Below are positions 19,354 through 29,200 of a stretch of DNA of 57,894 nt, in pieces (position 1 is the first letter of the stretch; every line of letters begins with the position of its first letter). Origin of the DNA: an uncultured virus (IMG/VR IMGVR_UViG_3300042196_000264) (lineage: Duplodnaviria; Heunggongvirae; Uroviricota; Caudoviricetes); the IMG/VR virus record IMGVR_UViG_3300042196_000264; one strand, written 5' to 3'. The position numbers and the translations under genes were made by a program. The notes under the pieces are model-generated. The model made no database searches. It saw nothing but the letters and a program-made list of their open reading frames with translations, and was not told the DNA's origin.

Positions 19354-20459
19354 TCCGGTGAACCCTCGGCCGCGGGCTCACCCGCAGTGACCGGAGGGGA
19401 CTCTTCGGAGAGGAACCGCCAGCCCTGATCGCGGTACCACGCGATCGATCGTGCCTGGCTCTCGCCGATGCCAGCAGCGTTGTGGAGAGCGGTCTGGTCG
19501 ACGGCGACAGACTTGGTTCCGCCCGTATCTCCCTGGTAGGGGAGCACGACAGTCTGGATCCCAAGAGCCGCTGACAGATGCAGGCCCCATCCGAAATTTC
19601 GGTCGACGGCCCTCGGGGTCGTCACCGCGACGGAGAGCCAGGAGCGCTTCAGCACCCATCCCTGCATGCCGAAGTCCACGAGCGACGTCTCGGCGAGCTT
19701 GCTGTTCGGACCTCCTACGGACTCCGGAACGCCGTTTGCTGCGTAGCGGATCCCGCTGACGGCGACGATCTTGTCGTTCTTGGCCTCGGCGACGGCAGCC
19801 TCGAGCCACTTCGGCTCGACGATGACGTCGTCGTCCAGGATCGCCACCACCTCGGCGTCTGCCTCGGCGGCCATCATGAACCGCGGCCACGGCCCCCAGT
19901 TCAGGTTCGAGCGAACCGTGATCATGGTCGCGAGCACCTGCTCGTCCAGGACGGCGGCGCCGGGGTTCACCCAGCACATGATCGCCTTCGGGCGGATCGT
20001 GGATTCCTGGATCGCGGTCACCTGTGGTCGGAGAAGCGTGGGGCGGTTCCACGAGCAGAGCACCACGACGAGGTCCGCAGGAGGCGGCGGCTGAACCTCC
20101 GGTGGCGGCTGGACATGCCGTGTCGTGATCACGAGTCCGCCGGTCTGCGTCTGCGACACTGGCGGCGCGATGGCGGGAGCCGGTGCGGCTTGCATGGGTT
20201 GGGGGCCGCCGGGGACCTGATACATCGGGGCTGAGGTGATGGGTGCTTGCACCTGGGGGACGATGGGCACATGGGTCACCCTGTTCGTCACGTGCGGCTG
20301 CGCTGCGGCCGGGCCGGGAAGCGGGCGTTGGGGCATGTACGGTTGCCCACCGACACTGACGTTGATCATGCCGTTGTGCGGCATGGCGCCTTGTTGAGAG
20401 GCCCACATCGCCTCTCGCGCGGCTCGGGCTTCGGGACTCTTTCGCTTGCCTGGGATCAT
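19350..20459 (-). CDS. GT-A glycosyltransferase with Pro/Gln-rich N-terminus
   Basis: VVLCSWNRP, SNLNWGPWPRF, AILDDDVI. Confidence 0.7.
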   Translation of the reverse strand: MIPGKRKSPEARAAREAMWASQQGAMPHNGMINVSVGGQPYMPQRPLPGPAAAQPHVTNRVTHVPIVPQVQAPITSAPMYQVPGGPQPMQAAPAPAIAPPVSQTQTGGLVITTRHVQPPPEVQPPPPADLVVVLCSWNRPTLLRPQVTAIQESTIRPKAIMCWVNPGAAVLDEQVLATMITVRSNLNWGPWPRFMMAAEADAEVVAILDDDVIVEPKWLEAAVAEAKNDKIVAVSGIRYAANGVPESVGGPNSKLAETSLVDFGMQGWVLKRSWLSVAVTTPRAVDRNFGWGLHLSAALGIQTVVLPYQGDTGGTKSVAVDQTALHNAAGIGESQARSIAWYRDQGWRFLSEESPPVTAGEPAAEGSPE

Positions 20460-20475
20460 GACGGTTTCCTCCCCA

Positions 20476-21402
20476 TCAGGGACTGGTTGGCGTTGGCTGA
20501 TCTTCGCACGGTTTCACCGTGCCGAAAAGATCGATCTGTTCTCTCGTGCGCAGGAGCCTGTCGGTGGCGGTCTGGAAGTAGCCAGGCTCGATCTCCCAGC
20601 CGAGGAACCTGCGGCCCAGCGAGATCGCAGCCACTCCGGTGGTTCCGCTCCCCATGAAGGGGTCGATGATGAGGTCGCCGCGGTTGGAGAAGTCGCGGAT
20701 CAGCTGTTCGATGAGCTTGAGTGGCTTGGGACAAGGATGGTCGGGTCGGTTCTTGCCCTGCTCAGTGGGGTACGACCACTTCGCCGATCGACCTCCTCCA
20801 TTCCACTTCCCGCTCTTGTGGTGGATAACGATCGTCTCGTGGGCTTGAGCAGGTCCCTGTCCGTTCAGCTGCGGCGTGGCGTTCGTCTTGTCCCAGATCC
20901 CCGTTCGGAAGTACGTCCGCCTGTCGATCTGCTGCCAGAGATGAGCCTCCTCCGCGCTGGAGAAGAAGATCGCCCACTTCCGTGCGATCCGAAGGCACTC
21001 GAGCCCGGCGTTATGGAGCGCGATGACGGACAGTCCGCAAAGCCTTCGCTCCTCTGGGCGAGAACCGAGCGACCTCGCTCCGGCGAGAACACGATCGTGG
21101 TACGGAGGATCCGTGAGCACCGTGGCACCGTGGCCGTCTGGCACGGATGGCATGCCATCCGTAGGGTCCATGCAGTCGCCACAGACGACCTCCCACCCAG
21201 GCCCACTGGCCTTGACGAGAGCCATACTCGCCGTGGCTTTCGAGAAACGGGAATCGGAGCACGCCTTGTGCTTCGGCTTGTGCTTCGGCTTCGGCTTCGG
21301 CTTCGGCTTCGGCTTCGGCTTCGGCTTCGGCTTCGGCGCAACCTTCTTCGAAGGTGAGCTTTTGTCCTTCTTCGGCTTCTTGGTGGATGGTTTCTTGGTC
21401 AC
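20476..21402 (-). CDS. N4/N6 DNA methyltransferase with Lys/Pro-rich N-terminal tail
   Basis: GDCMD, TDPPY, HPCPKP, IIDPFMGSGTTG. Confidence 0.88.
   Translation of the reverse strand: MTKKPSTKKPKKDKSSPSKKVAPKPKPKPKPKPKPKPKPKHKPKHKACSDSRFSKATASMALVKASGPGWEVVCGDCMDPTDGMPSVPDGHGATVLTDPPYHDRVLAGARSLGSRPEERRLCGLSVIALHNAGLECLRIARKWAIFFSSAEEAHLWQQIDRRTYFRTGIWDKTNATPQLNGQGPAQAHETIVIHHKSGKWNGGGRSAKWSYPTEQGKNRPDHPCPKPLKLIEQLIRDFSNRGDLIIDPFMGSGTTGVAAISLGRRFLGWEIEPGYFQTATDRLLRTREQIDLFGTVKPCEDQPTPTSP
21283..21336. repeat. (CTTCGG)9 hexamer tandem repeat encoding (PK)n
   Basis: Nine perfect copies, plus degenerate copies to the left. Confidence 0.95.
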
Positions 21403-21755
21403 TTGCCGTCCCTCCCTGGTTCACCACACCCACCAGATGTTGCGCTGCATCCGCCGCCACCGCCACCGCCAGCCGCAGATTCGTATCCGTTGCCCGCATC
21501 GCCCGCACCGCCAGCCGCAGCTTCGGCTGTTCCGCCACCACTGCCGCCACCTCCTCGACCGCCATGGCCACCACCGCCACCGCCTCCACCGCCGATCATG
21601 ATGATCCTCACATGTGGGTCCACCTTGATATAGCCCCCATCCCTCGGGACACGTCTCCGTATGAACATGACCGCTGCGAACACGGCCCAGATGAGAAGCG
21701 CTGACGCGGCGATGGACGCGGCGATGAATGCGGTGAGGATGATCAGATCTGGCAC
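21399..21755 (-). CDS. Gly-rich membrane protein
   Basis: N-terminal hydrophobic helix followed by RRR and poly-Gly. Confidence 0.55.
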   Translation of the reverse strand: MPDLIILTAFIAASIAASALLIWAVFAAVMFIRRRVPRDGGYIKVDPHVRIIMIGGGGGGGGGHGGRGGGGSGGGTAEAAAGGAGDAGNGYESAAGGGGGGGCSATSGGCGEPGRDGK

Positions 21756-21794
21756 CGGCCGACCGTAGCACTTACCGTGCGCGACGGAAAGTGG

Positions 21795-22406
21795 TTACGC
21801 GACCCTAGTGCAAGAAGACCGCAGACGCCCGAATCTCGCCTTTGCAGCGGCTACCGCGTGAGCGTAGCTTCGCTGCTTCTCCGTAAGGCCGCCTGAGGCC
21901 AGCGCATCCCTGACGTTCTTGGACCCGGCGAAATAGCTCGCCATGGCGAGCTGTTCGTTGTCGTCGAACTGCTGGAGCAGCACCGAGATCAGGCTCGTCC
22001 CCATCGTGATGTTCGCGACGGGGTCCTCGGGTCGATCCTGGATCCCAAGTCTGCTGGCGATCCCCGCACTCGTCTTCGGCATGAGTTGCATGAGCCCCAC
22101 CGCACCGACGCTGCTGCGTGCTTTCGGGTTGAAGTTCGACTCGACGTGGATCGTCCCGAGGACCAGGTCTCCATCGACGCCAAACCGATCCGCCTGCTCC
22201 TCGACGATCCCAGCGTACAGCGGGATCCGCTTCGCCTCTTCTGATCTGAAGCCGCCATCCGTGAAGTCGCAACCAGCCCACCGTTCATCGAATGCGGTCG
22301 TGGCCCTGGCCGAGGTCGTCGACCTGCGCCTCGCGGACAGAGCCCTCCCCGCCGCCGCAGCTGCAAGCGCGGCGGCTCCGATGATCACGTATTGGAGTGG
22401 CTTCAT
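21795..22406 (-). CDS. Lytic transglycosylase (SLT) with N-terminal membrane anchor
   Basis: IHVESNFNPKARSSVGAVGLMQLMP, NITMGT; the usual AYNAG motif reads SYFAG. Confidence 0.9.
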   Translation of the reverse strand: MKPLQYVIIGAAALAAAAAGRALSARRRSTTSARATTAFDERWAGCDFTDGGFRSEEAKRIPLYAGIVEEQADRFGVDGDLVLGTIHVESNFNPKARSSVGAVGLMQLMPKTSAGIASRLGIQDRPEDPVANITMGTSLISVLLQQFDDNEQLAMASYFAGSKNVRDALASGGLTEKQRSYAHAVAAAKARFGRLRSSCTRVA

Positions 22407-23137
22407 GCGAACATCACCTCGTTCACGGATGCTTTCCATGCGCGTCCGAGGTCCGCGCTGATCGAGTGACCGGAGTCGTAGGTCGCAAACTCCACGGGGG
22501 CTCCGCGGCGCTTCATCTCGAGCGCGTAGGCCTGCGTGCGGTCCGGGTCCACCGTCGTGTCTCTCGTACCGCTCAGGATCACCGTGGGAGCCATCGGTGT
22601 CTTCCAGAGCTGCTCAGGAAGCCATCCGTTCACCGCCACCGCTCCTGAGATCAGTCCTGGATACCAACTCGCGAGGTAGAGCGCCATCGTGCCGCCCTGG
22701 CTCGAGCCCGTCACGACCGGACGCCCCTGAGTAGGGCGGCAGCGCATGGCCTCTCGGATGAAGCCAGCCAGCACCGGACCGACACGCTGGATCTCGCGCG
22801 CGAGCTCGTCCTGGTCCTTGGTTCCGAGGTGCTCCTCAAACCATGCGTAGCCGTCTCCCAGGCGCCCTGGCGCCGCTGGGGTGAGGACCCTCGCCGGCTC
22901 ACGAAGGGCGTTGTGCAACGCGGAGGCCCCCTCCGGCGTTGCGCCGCGGGAGTGGAGCACCACGAGCAACGGAAGGTTGTCGACCCCTGAGGAATGCGGC
23001 GACAGGCGCTCGATCGTCCGGAGGCCAAGGTCTGCTGTGCAGGGTTGGTCACCACCAGTGGATCTGGACTTGCGCATCTTGCGAGCCACCACCGCGGCGA
23101 CCACGGCCGCGGCCCCGAGTCCCAGCCAGCGATTCAT
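22403..23137 (-). CDS. Alpha/beta hydrolase (phospholipase/carboxylesterase) with N-terminal anchor
   Basis: VVLHSRG, YAWF, GSSQGG nucleophile elbow, GTRDTTV, SGHSI. Confidence 0.85.
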   Translation of the reverse strand: MNRWLGLGAAAVVAAVVARKMRKSRSTGGDQPCTADLGLRTIERLSPHSSGVDNLPLLVVLHSRGATPEGASALHNALREPARVLTPAAPGRLGDGYAWFEEHLGTKDQDELAREIQRVGPVLAGFIREAMRCRPTQGRPVVTGSSQGGTMALYLASWYPGLISGAVAVNGWLPEQLWKTPMAPTVILSGTRDTTVDPDRTQAYALEMKRRGAPVEFATYDSGHSISADLGRAWKASVNEVMFA

Positions 23138-23355
23138 CGGACGATCCTTCGCCCGACTTCCCAGCCGGCCAGGTTGGCGAGGATGTCCACGACGACGTTC
23201 TCGGGGGACTCGAGTACGTACCGGCTCTCGACCACCTCGAAGGCCACCGAGAGCGCGGCTGCCTGGGCGAACGAGAGCCCCACGGCCCCGTAGGCCACGC
23301 CCACGGCTCCGTGGGCGACGGTCCAGGAGTCAAAGGCGGCCCGCTCGCGCTTCAT
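23134..23355 (-). CDS. Small membrane protein with D.WT.AH...FE..E...ES..N...D motif
   Basis: Hydrophobic; polar motif pattern resembles membrane metal-hydrolase-like families. Confidence 0.5.
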   Translation of the reverse strand: MKRERAAFDSWTVAHGAVGVAYGAVGLSFAQAAALSVAFEVVESRYVLESPENVVVDILANLAGWEVGRRIVR

Positions 23356-24241
23356 GCGCCCCCAGCGTACCAGCCAGCCTTTGCGCGCGCAACGCACTCT
23401 GTCGTACGCTCTGGGGGTGCTGCCCTTCTCCCTCCGGCCCCTGGCCGAGGCCTTCACTCGCCGGAGCGTCGCGTCCGTCGAGGTGGTCCCCCAGGTCCAG
23501 CTCGTGACCGGGCAGAAGGTCATGATCGCCGGGGAAGCCGTCGGGCTCCCCGCCTACGTCGACAACACCCGGGCGCCACGAGACCTTGGTGCCTTCAAGA
23601 AGCGTCGCCCAGGCTCCGTGGACCCCCGCCACAAGACGACGATCTGCGTCCACAACACCGGCGTGAAATTCGGGACGAGCTCGGCCTCCAGGAAGGCCTG
23701 GCATGCGAAGGCGATCCTGAAGGGCTTCGACGGCGAGGTCGCAGAGCAATGGGCCGCTGCCATGGCGCTCTTCGAGCGCTTCTGGGACGTCCCCTACCAC
23801 TACGTCGGCCTCAGCTGCGGCTACGTCCTCCGCAACAACCCGTGGAACTGGCACACGTTTCACGGGGGGATCGCCAACCGATCGTCGATCGGCTGGGCGC
23901 TCGAGGGACTGTACCCCGCGTATGCTCGGGCGCGATCCGACAAGCACACTGCGATGTCCGACACCGTGATCCAGGCAGGCCAGAACTCGCTCCGCCTTGC
24001 GGTGCTGGAGGCCCGCGGCAACGGTTGTCCGATCCGGTTCGTCCAGCCGCATCGTTGCTACTCCAAGAAGCGCCTCGCGGACCCTGGCGAGGAGGTCTGG
24101 AAGCAGGTCGTGCTGCCCGTCGCACGCGAGCTCGACCTCTACCCGGACTACCACCTGCATGATGGTGATGGACTTCCGATCCCACAGTCCTGGGATCCAG
24201 ACGCCAAGTTCACGGACAGTGGAAAGCCGATGAGGTCATGA
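23354..24241 (+). CDS. N-acetylmuramoyl-L-alanine amidase-like endolysin
   Basis: ICVHNTG, VPYHY, FHGG.AN..SIGWALEG, QPHR...DPG. Confidence 0.75.
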   Translation: MRPQRTSQPLRAQRTLSYALGVLPFSLRPLAEAFTRRSVASVEVVPQVQLVTGQKVMIAGEAVGLPAYVDNTRAPRDLGAFKKRRPGSVDPRHKTTICVHNTGVKFGTSSASRKAWHAKAILKGFDGEVAEQWAAAMALFERFWDVPYHYVGLSCGYVLRNNPWNWHTFHGGIANRSSIGWALEGLYPAYARARSDKHTAMSDTVIQAGQNSLRLAVLEARGNGCPIRFVQPHRCYSKKRLADPGEEVWKQVVLPVARELDLYPDYHLHDGDGLPIPQSWDPDAKFTDSGKPMRS

Positions 24242-25125
24242 TGTACCCCTCCCTTCAGAACGCACCGACCGACTGTACCTCCACGAGTTGGGTCTTCGAC
24301 ACGCTCGAGGTCCACGTGCCCTACGGAGCTTCGGACGTGGGCGTGGCCCAGCCGCCTCTAGGAGTTGGACTCGACGACCTCGTGACGAACCCTGACGGCA
24401 TCGGCTTCGACACCGAGCTCGAGAAGGAACTTCTGCGTCGCATCGGACGGGTCATCGAGGAGTCGTACCAAGTCGCCGTCCCTTCCGAGGTGAAGGTCCT
24501 GGCGCAGAGAGTCGAAGAGCTCGTCCGGCTGATCTCGGGCAAGTACGCCTACTTCGATGCGTTCAAGTACAACGTGAAGTCAGCCGGAGGCCCGCGCTCC
24601 GAGGAACATCCCAAGAAGGTCTTCCCGCTGTCGGTCGTCGACTGGGCCGTCCGGGAAAGCATCGACTACGAAGGCGACAATGGAGACTGGCTCATCGTCG
24701 AGCGTGACAAGGCAAGGAATGAGATCCGCGATGCACTCCTCGAGGCGGCAACGGTCTCCTGGTGCGTGCTCTACGGGATCAACCAGGCGAAGTCACTTGC
24801 TGCCTCGAAGGCAGCAGCGGGTCCACGAGACCGCGGATTTCCCATCGGCTTCGACAAGCCACCGATCCGTGGGCCGACGATCGGGATCCCTGGAGGCCAG
24901 CAGGACGATGCCAGGCCGCCCGGGGGCGGAGGTGACGGAGACGGGTACGTGCCCCCCGTCGGCGTCACACCAGAGCCACTCACGCCTGGAGACGATGACG
25001 ACGGCGAGGTCGGTACGGGCACCGGCACCACGAGTGCTAGTCGTCCTCGGGGTCGCGCCGCGGGTTTTGTGACTGGGGCGGTGATCCTCTCGGTGGGCTA
25101 TCTTCTCTACCGGGCCTCTCAGTGA
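24238..25125 (+). CDS. Hypothetical protein with C-terminal transmembrane anchor
   Basis: Gly/Pro linker then GFVTGAVILSVGYLLYR. Confidence 0.7.
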   Translation: MMYPSLQNAPTDCTSTSWVFDTLEVHVPYGASDVGVAQPPLGVGLDDLVTNPDGIGFDTELEKELLRRIGRVIEESYQVAVPSEVKVLAQRVEELVRLISGKYAYFDAFKYNVKSAGGPRSEEHPKKVFPLSVVDWAVRESIDYEGDNGDWLIVERDKARNEIRDALLEAATVSWCVLYGINQAKSLAASKAAAGPRDRGFPIGFDKPPIRGPTIGIPGGQQDDARPPGGGGDGDGYVPPVGVTPEPLTPGDDDDGEVGTGTGTTSASRPRGRAAGFVTGAVILSVGYLLYRASQ

Positions 25126-25273
25126 GCGCACTCGCCGCGATCATGCTCGCGCCGGCCACGAGCGCCCAGGCCCAGTACGGATCCACCATGGCTCCGTAGA
25201 ACCCCAGCCCAAGCAACATCGTTCCTGAGAGCGCGAGTGGTCGCACGACCCTAACCAGGATACCCTCAAAACC

Positions 25274-26878
25274 ATGTTCCTCAAGGGCGCAGACGCCGAA
25301 CGGGCCAGGAATCTGATCAGCGACACGATCGCTGGCGCTGGAAACATGACTCCGCTTCCAGCACTTCTTCCAGAAGTAGCGATCGCTCAGGTGACATCAG
25401 CTTCGCAAACTGCAGGGATGGCGTCGTTCGCATCAAACTGGCAGGGAGGCGCCCAGGTGGGGCTCGGTTCTGCTGGCGCTGTACTCGGTGTACTTCGGTC
25501 GTCTACGATCGGAAACATCGAGAAGTCGCTCGTGCTCGAGACGCGAGACTTCCTAGACCTAGACATCGGCGACGACCTCACGGATGGCGTAAAGGATTTC
25601 CTTGGCGGATCGATGTCAGGGTCAGACCTCGTCAACTTCGGGTTCAAGCTTGGAGAGAGCCTTGCAGAAATGGGGTTCCAGATCGCGAGCAACGTGGTCA
25701 ACGTCGTGCCGATCTACGGACAGATCGTCAGCGCCATCATGAAGTTTGGCAAGGCGATTTACGACCTCGTTCAGTCGTCAGGTGGAGAGCACGTCCGAGT
25801 GTACGACAGGATCGGGTTCAATCCTGAGCATGACCAGATCGTATACACTCAGTACTGCGCCAAGGCGGCGGCTTCTGGGGACTGGACCAGTGTCTTTTCG
25901 CCTCCGGTCATCATAGGAGACGAGTGGCCTCTGACCACCTTCGTCGTCCAGCGCGAAGACGATGGGACCGATCGCATCATGCCTCGGGGAGGAGTGGGGG
26001 CTGTCGCTGGTGGTGGGTTCATCCCTGGGACACAGCACTGCCTCGGCTTCCTCGATGTCCTCCCGAACACAACTGTCAGGGACACGGGGGACACTCTCCT
26101 CCCGACGCTACGCCAGCAAGGGATCTGGATGTGGCAGGGGTACACGTCACCCGTTGACTCATCGGTCATCGACCCAACGATCTTCTCTGTGGACTGCGCA
26201 TCACTTCTCGAGAAGTGGTCGGCCTACATTCTTCAATTCAGGATGTTCATGGAGTGGAAGGGGGGGGACAAGACCCAGTCGCTGGGTGACTCGCAGAGGA
26301 AGAAACCAGTCATCGACTACTACTCCACCAAGGAGTTCTTCGGATGGCCAAAAGGATTCATCGCAACCGGTCATGCACGAAACGGTGAGCCGTACGTCCC
26401 AACATCATGGGTTGGCAAAACCCAGCCTGCATTGGCCCTGAAGGCTCTCCGAGCTCAGCAGATGGCGGCGCTCGACACGCTCATGTGCGCGTACGTCGAC
26501 ATGCGCCATGCGGCCGTGCGCGGTGATCCCGAGGTCCAGGCGAGGTGGAGGCAGCGGCGCGAGCAGCTCATCCACTCTCCAGATCGTTTCTATCTCGACC
26601 TCGAGAGCATCCCTCCGGACCCATGGAGTCATGACGCTGAATCCGGGGCATACTTCGACAAGCTCATCGCGTCCGGTGCTGGAACGAAGAAGGGGCCCAG
26701 GGGTCCTACGATCGGTCTGGCCACGACGATCCCTTCTGGCCTTGATGTCGTAAAGCCGGACGTGGGTCCTGGTCTCATCGCAGAGGGCCGCAGGATCAAG
26801 AGCCCGATGCTGGTCGCGCTCGGGATCGCTGCTGTGGGTGCTGGCGGCTACTACGTCTACCGCCGCCGCAGGCGGTGA
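25274..26878 (+). CDS. Hypothetical (putative virion) protein with C-terminal TM and basic tail
   Basis: VVPIYGQIVSAI helix; ends LGIAAVGAGGYYVYRRRRR. Confidence 0.75.
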   Translation: MFLKGADAERARNLISDTIAGAGNMTPLPALLPEVAIAQVTSASQTAGMASFASNWQGGAQVGLGSAGAVLGVLRSSTIGNIEKSLVLETRDFLDLDIGDDLTDGVKDFLGGSMSGSDLVNFGFKLGESLAEMGFQIASNVVNVVPIYGQIVSAIMKFGKAIYDLVQSSGGEHVRVYDRIGFNPEHDQIVYTQYCAKAAASGDWTSVFSPPVIIGDEWPLTTFVVQREDDGTDRIMPRGGVGAVAGGGFIPGTQHCLGFLDVLPNTTVRDTGDTLLPTLRQQGIWMWQGYTSPVDSSVIDPTIFSVDCASLLEKWSAYILQFRMFMEWKGGDKTQSLGDSQRKKPVIDYYSTKEFFGWPKGFIATGHARNGEPYVPTSWVGKTQPALALKALRAQQMAALDTLMCAYVDMRHAAVRGDPEVQARWRQRREQLIHSPDRFYLDLESIPPDPWSHDAESGAYFDKLIASGAGTKKGPRGPTIGLATTIPSGLDVVKPDVGPGLIAEGRRIKSPMLVALGIAAVGAGGYYVYRRRRR

Positions 26879-27101
26879 TGCCAGTGCGTGAGGTCGCTGT
26901 TCTGGGACTCCAGCGACTCCACGAGCGTCTGAGAGTACGGGATGGCATCCCTGGCTTCCCTCGGGAGTCCGTCCCATGCCTCGCCGTCAGGGAGGTCGAG
27001 CGGAGTCCCAGCCGGACGTGACGATCCTGCGTTCCACGGCGAACACCAGAGGTCTCCCCTGGAAAACTTCAGCCACCAGGCGCTAGCTGGCTCAGGGCCG
27101 C

Positions 27102-27341
27102 TCACTCGTGCCTCCGGATTGAGACTGGCTCCAGGAGCCACATGAGTGCCTTGAGCATCAGCGCTGACGCCACGCCCATGAGGATACCGCGCGTGACCTC
27201 TCCATTTTGGAATGCCAGGTACGTTTCCCTGACCGCCGCCGCAAACCCAGCAAGCGCGGCGAACAGCATCAGCAACCAGATCGCGTACGACGCGAGTGGG
27301 TACTCGAGCTCATGGCGCTCGTCGCTCATGCCCCCCTCCAT
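27102..27341 (-). CDS. Small two-TM membrane protein
   Basis: Two hydrophobic segments. Confidence 0.5.
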   Translation of the reverse strand: MEGGMSDERHELEYPLASYAIWLLMLFAALAGFAAAVRETYLAFQNGEVTRGILMGVASALMLKALMWLLEPVSIRRHE

Positions 27342-27763
27342 CTTCTGAGCGCTTCAGCGAGTGCAGACACCAGCGTGAAGAACAGGACGTCCTTTCGCTT
27401 CTGTTCCTCTGGCAGGTCGCCGAGCGGCACCATGCAAGGATGCTCTTTCTTCGCTGGATCCTTGACTGGCCCGTACGTCCATCCCTCTTCGGTCTTGCCG
27501 CGAAGCCAGTTTGCATGCGATCCGTCCGGAGAAGTTACCTGCCCGTTCATGATCGCAGCCACACCGTCCATGACCGACATGCGCTGCCACTCAGGAGCCT
27601 CTTCCCACGACACATGCGAGTCGTCCAGGATCGACAGGCAGTACGAGCGGTTGAGCTCATGCGCTGTACGGGCGATGAGGATGAGGTCGGAGGCCATGAA
27701 GGCTGGTGGTTTGTCGTTCGCGCCCATGTCCATCACATCGCCTTTCCGTACTTCTCCCACCAT
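27326..27763 (-). CDS. RyR-domain phage protein
   Basis: HANWL..K..EGWTYGPVKD..KKEHPCMVP..DLPEEQKRKD; true start probably near 27733. Confidence 0.85.
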   Translation of the reverse strand: MVGEVRKGDVMDMGANDKPPAFMASDLILIARTAHELNRSYCLSILDDSHVSWEEAPEWQRMSVMDGVAAIMNGQVTSPDGSHANWLRGKTEEGWTYGPVKDPAKKEHPCMVPLGDLPEEQKRKDVLFFTLVSALAEALRRWRGA

Positions 27764-28462
27764 TCCGCCGCATCAATCCGGTCCTGCTCATGCTTGCCGG
27801 CATGGATCTGCCTGGACACGTGAGCCTTCGCGGACATGAAGGCTTCGCGGAGCTCCTTCGTGCTCAGGCATGCTCTCCTACGAGCCGACAAACCCTTCTC
27901 GCGTACCTTGGGTTCGTTCTTCATGACGTGTGATCGCGCCAGGAACCGGGATTCGCGATCGCGTGAAGGAACTTCTCGGTGACGCGTCCTGGCAAGTCGG
28001 CGTGCTCGAGGCCGGGCTTCCATCCGTCTACCCACCCGTCGGCTATGAGCCTGTCTGGATACGGGCGCCAGAACGGATTGTCGCACCAGCGCTGCACAAC
28101 CTCGTCCGCCGCGCAGAAGTCCGCCAGCTGCTGACGTGAGACCGCCGTCCACTTGGCGAGCCCGTTCGCATGGTGGTAACGGACGACGGTCGCCGCAGCG
28201 GCTTCGACCTCGGCCTTGCCGAGCGTGTTGGTCAGGATTCCGACCGGAGGGATGACGACATCGGAAGGGCGGATCGCGGTGCTGTGCGGCTGTGGTGCGG
28301 TCGACGCTTCGTCATCCGCTCCGTCATCGAGATCCTGGTCCTCCTCTTGGTCCTCGTCGGCATCGTAGTTCTCGGAACCATCGATCTCACCACCGACGAC
28401 AGATCCGATCTCGACGTCGGAAGCGTCTCGCACACATGTCGGCCTGCGTGCGTTGGTGCGCT

Positions 28463-28840
28463 TCATGACTTCGTCTTCTTCCCGAGGATCTCTTCGAGTG
28501 CGCCCATCGGGTCGACTTCCGGTGATGACGTCTTCTCGAGTTCGAAGACGCGCTTCTGAAGGATCGCGATCTCGTTCAGCAGGATCGTCATCTGCATGGC
28601 CAGGAGACCGTACAGGCCCGCGCCGATCATCTTCTCGCAACCAGGCGCAGGCGAGGACATGCCTTGCATGAACATGACCTGTGGGCCCTTCCCAGGGGGG
28701 CCAGGGACGGGCAGGCCTTGCCCATGGTTCACGTAGTAGACCTCCTCGAGGAGAGGCCCGCCCTTCACCACGGCCGCGATCGGTTGCTTGACCTCGAAGG
28801 CCACTGGCTGAGGCCCTCCGATTTTCGCTTCTTCGTTCAT
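28463..28840 (-). CDS. Hypothetical protein
   Basis: GAGG upstream; fits the minus-strand gene run. Confidence 0.55.
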   Translation of the reverse strand: MNEEAKIGGPQPVAFEVKQPIAAVVKGGPLLEEVYYVNHGQGLPVPGPPGKGPQVMFMQGMSSPAPGCEKMIGAGLYGLLAMQMTILLNEIAILQKRVFELEKTSSPEVDPMGALEEILGKKTKS

Positions 28841-29200
28841 GTCGGTTACCTCGTTTGGAGGAAGTCCAGCCCTGGATGTGAGGGCCGGTCTGGCAGCGAC
28901 CTGTAGTCGTCCCAGGATGCGTCTGGAATGTCGAGGAGGTCGTGGGGAGAGATGGGGAGTGGAGCCGACGCGTGTTCCTCGACTTTGCAGCGGAGCGATG
29001 TGACGAGCGGTGGCGCCTCATCGCCAGGATCGTCACCCACCACTTCCGGTGGATCCTGGGGTTTGACGATGTACTCGGCGGGCACTCTAATCGGCGCGAT
29101 GAGAACCGGCTCGGACTGGTACCCGTCGGCTCCGTACTGGTTGGGCTGTAAAAAAGACTGATGGTATTTGCTGCCGTACACGTTGGATGGCATCGACGTC

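Noticed and set aside
6384..20459. Cluster as an ordinary chromosomal O-antigen locus
   Set aside because: No wzx/wzy/wzm/manBC; interspersed with phage-type methylases and flanked by phage-like genes. Not fully excluded.
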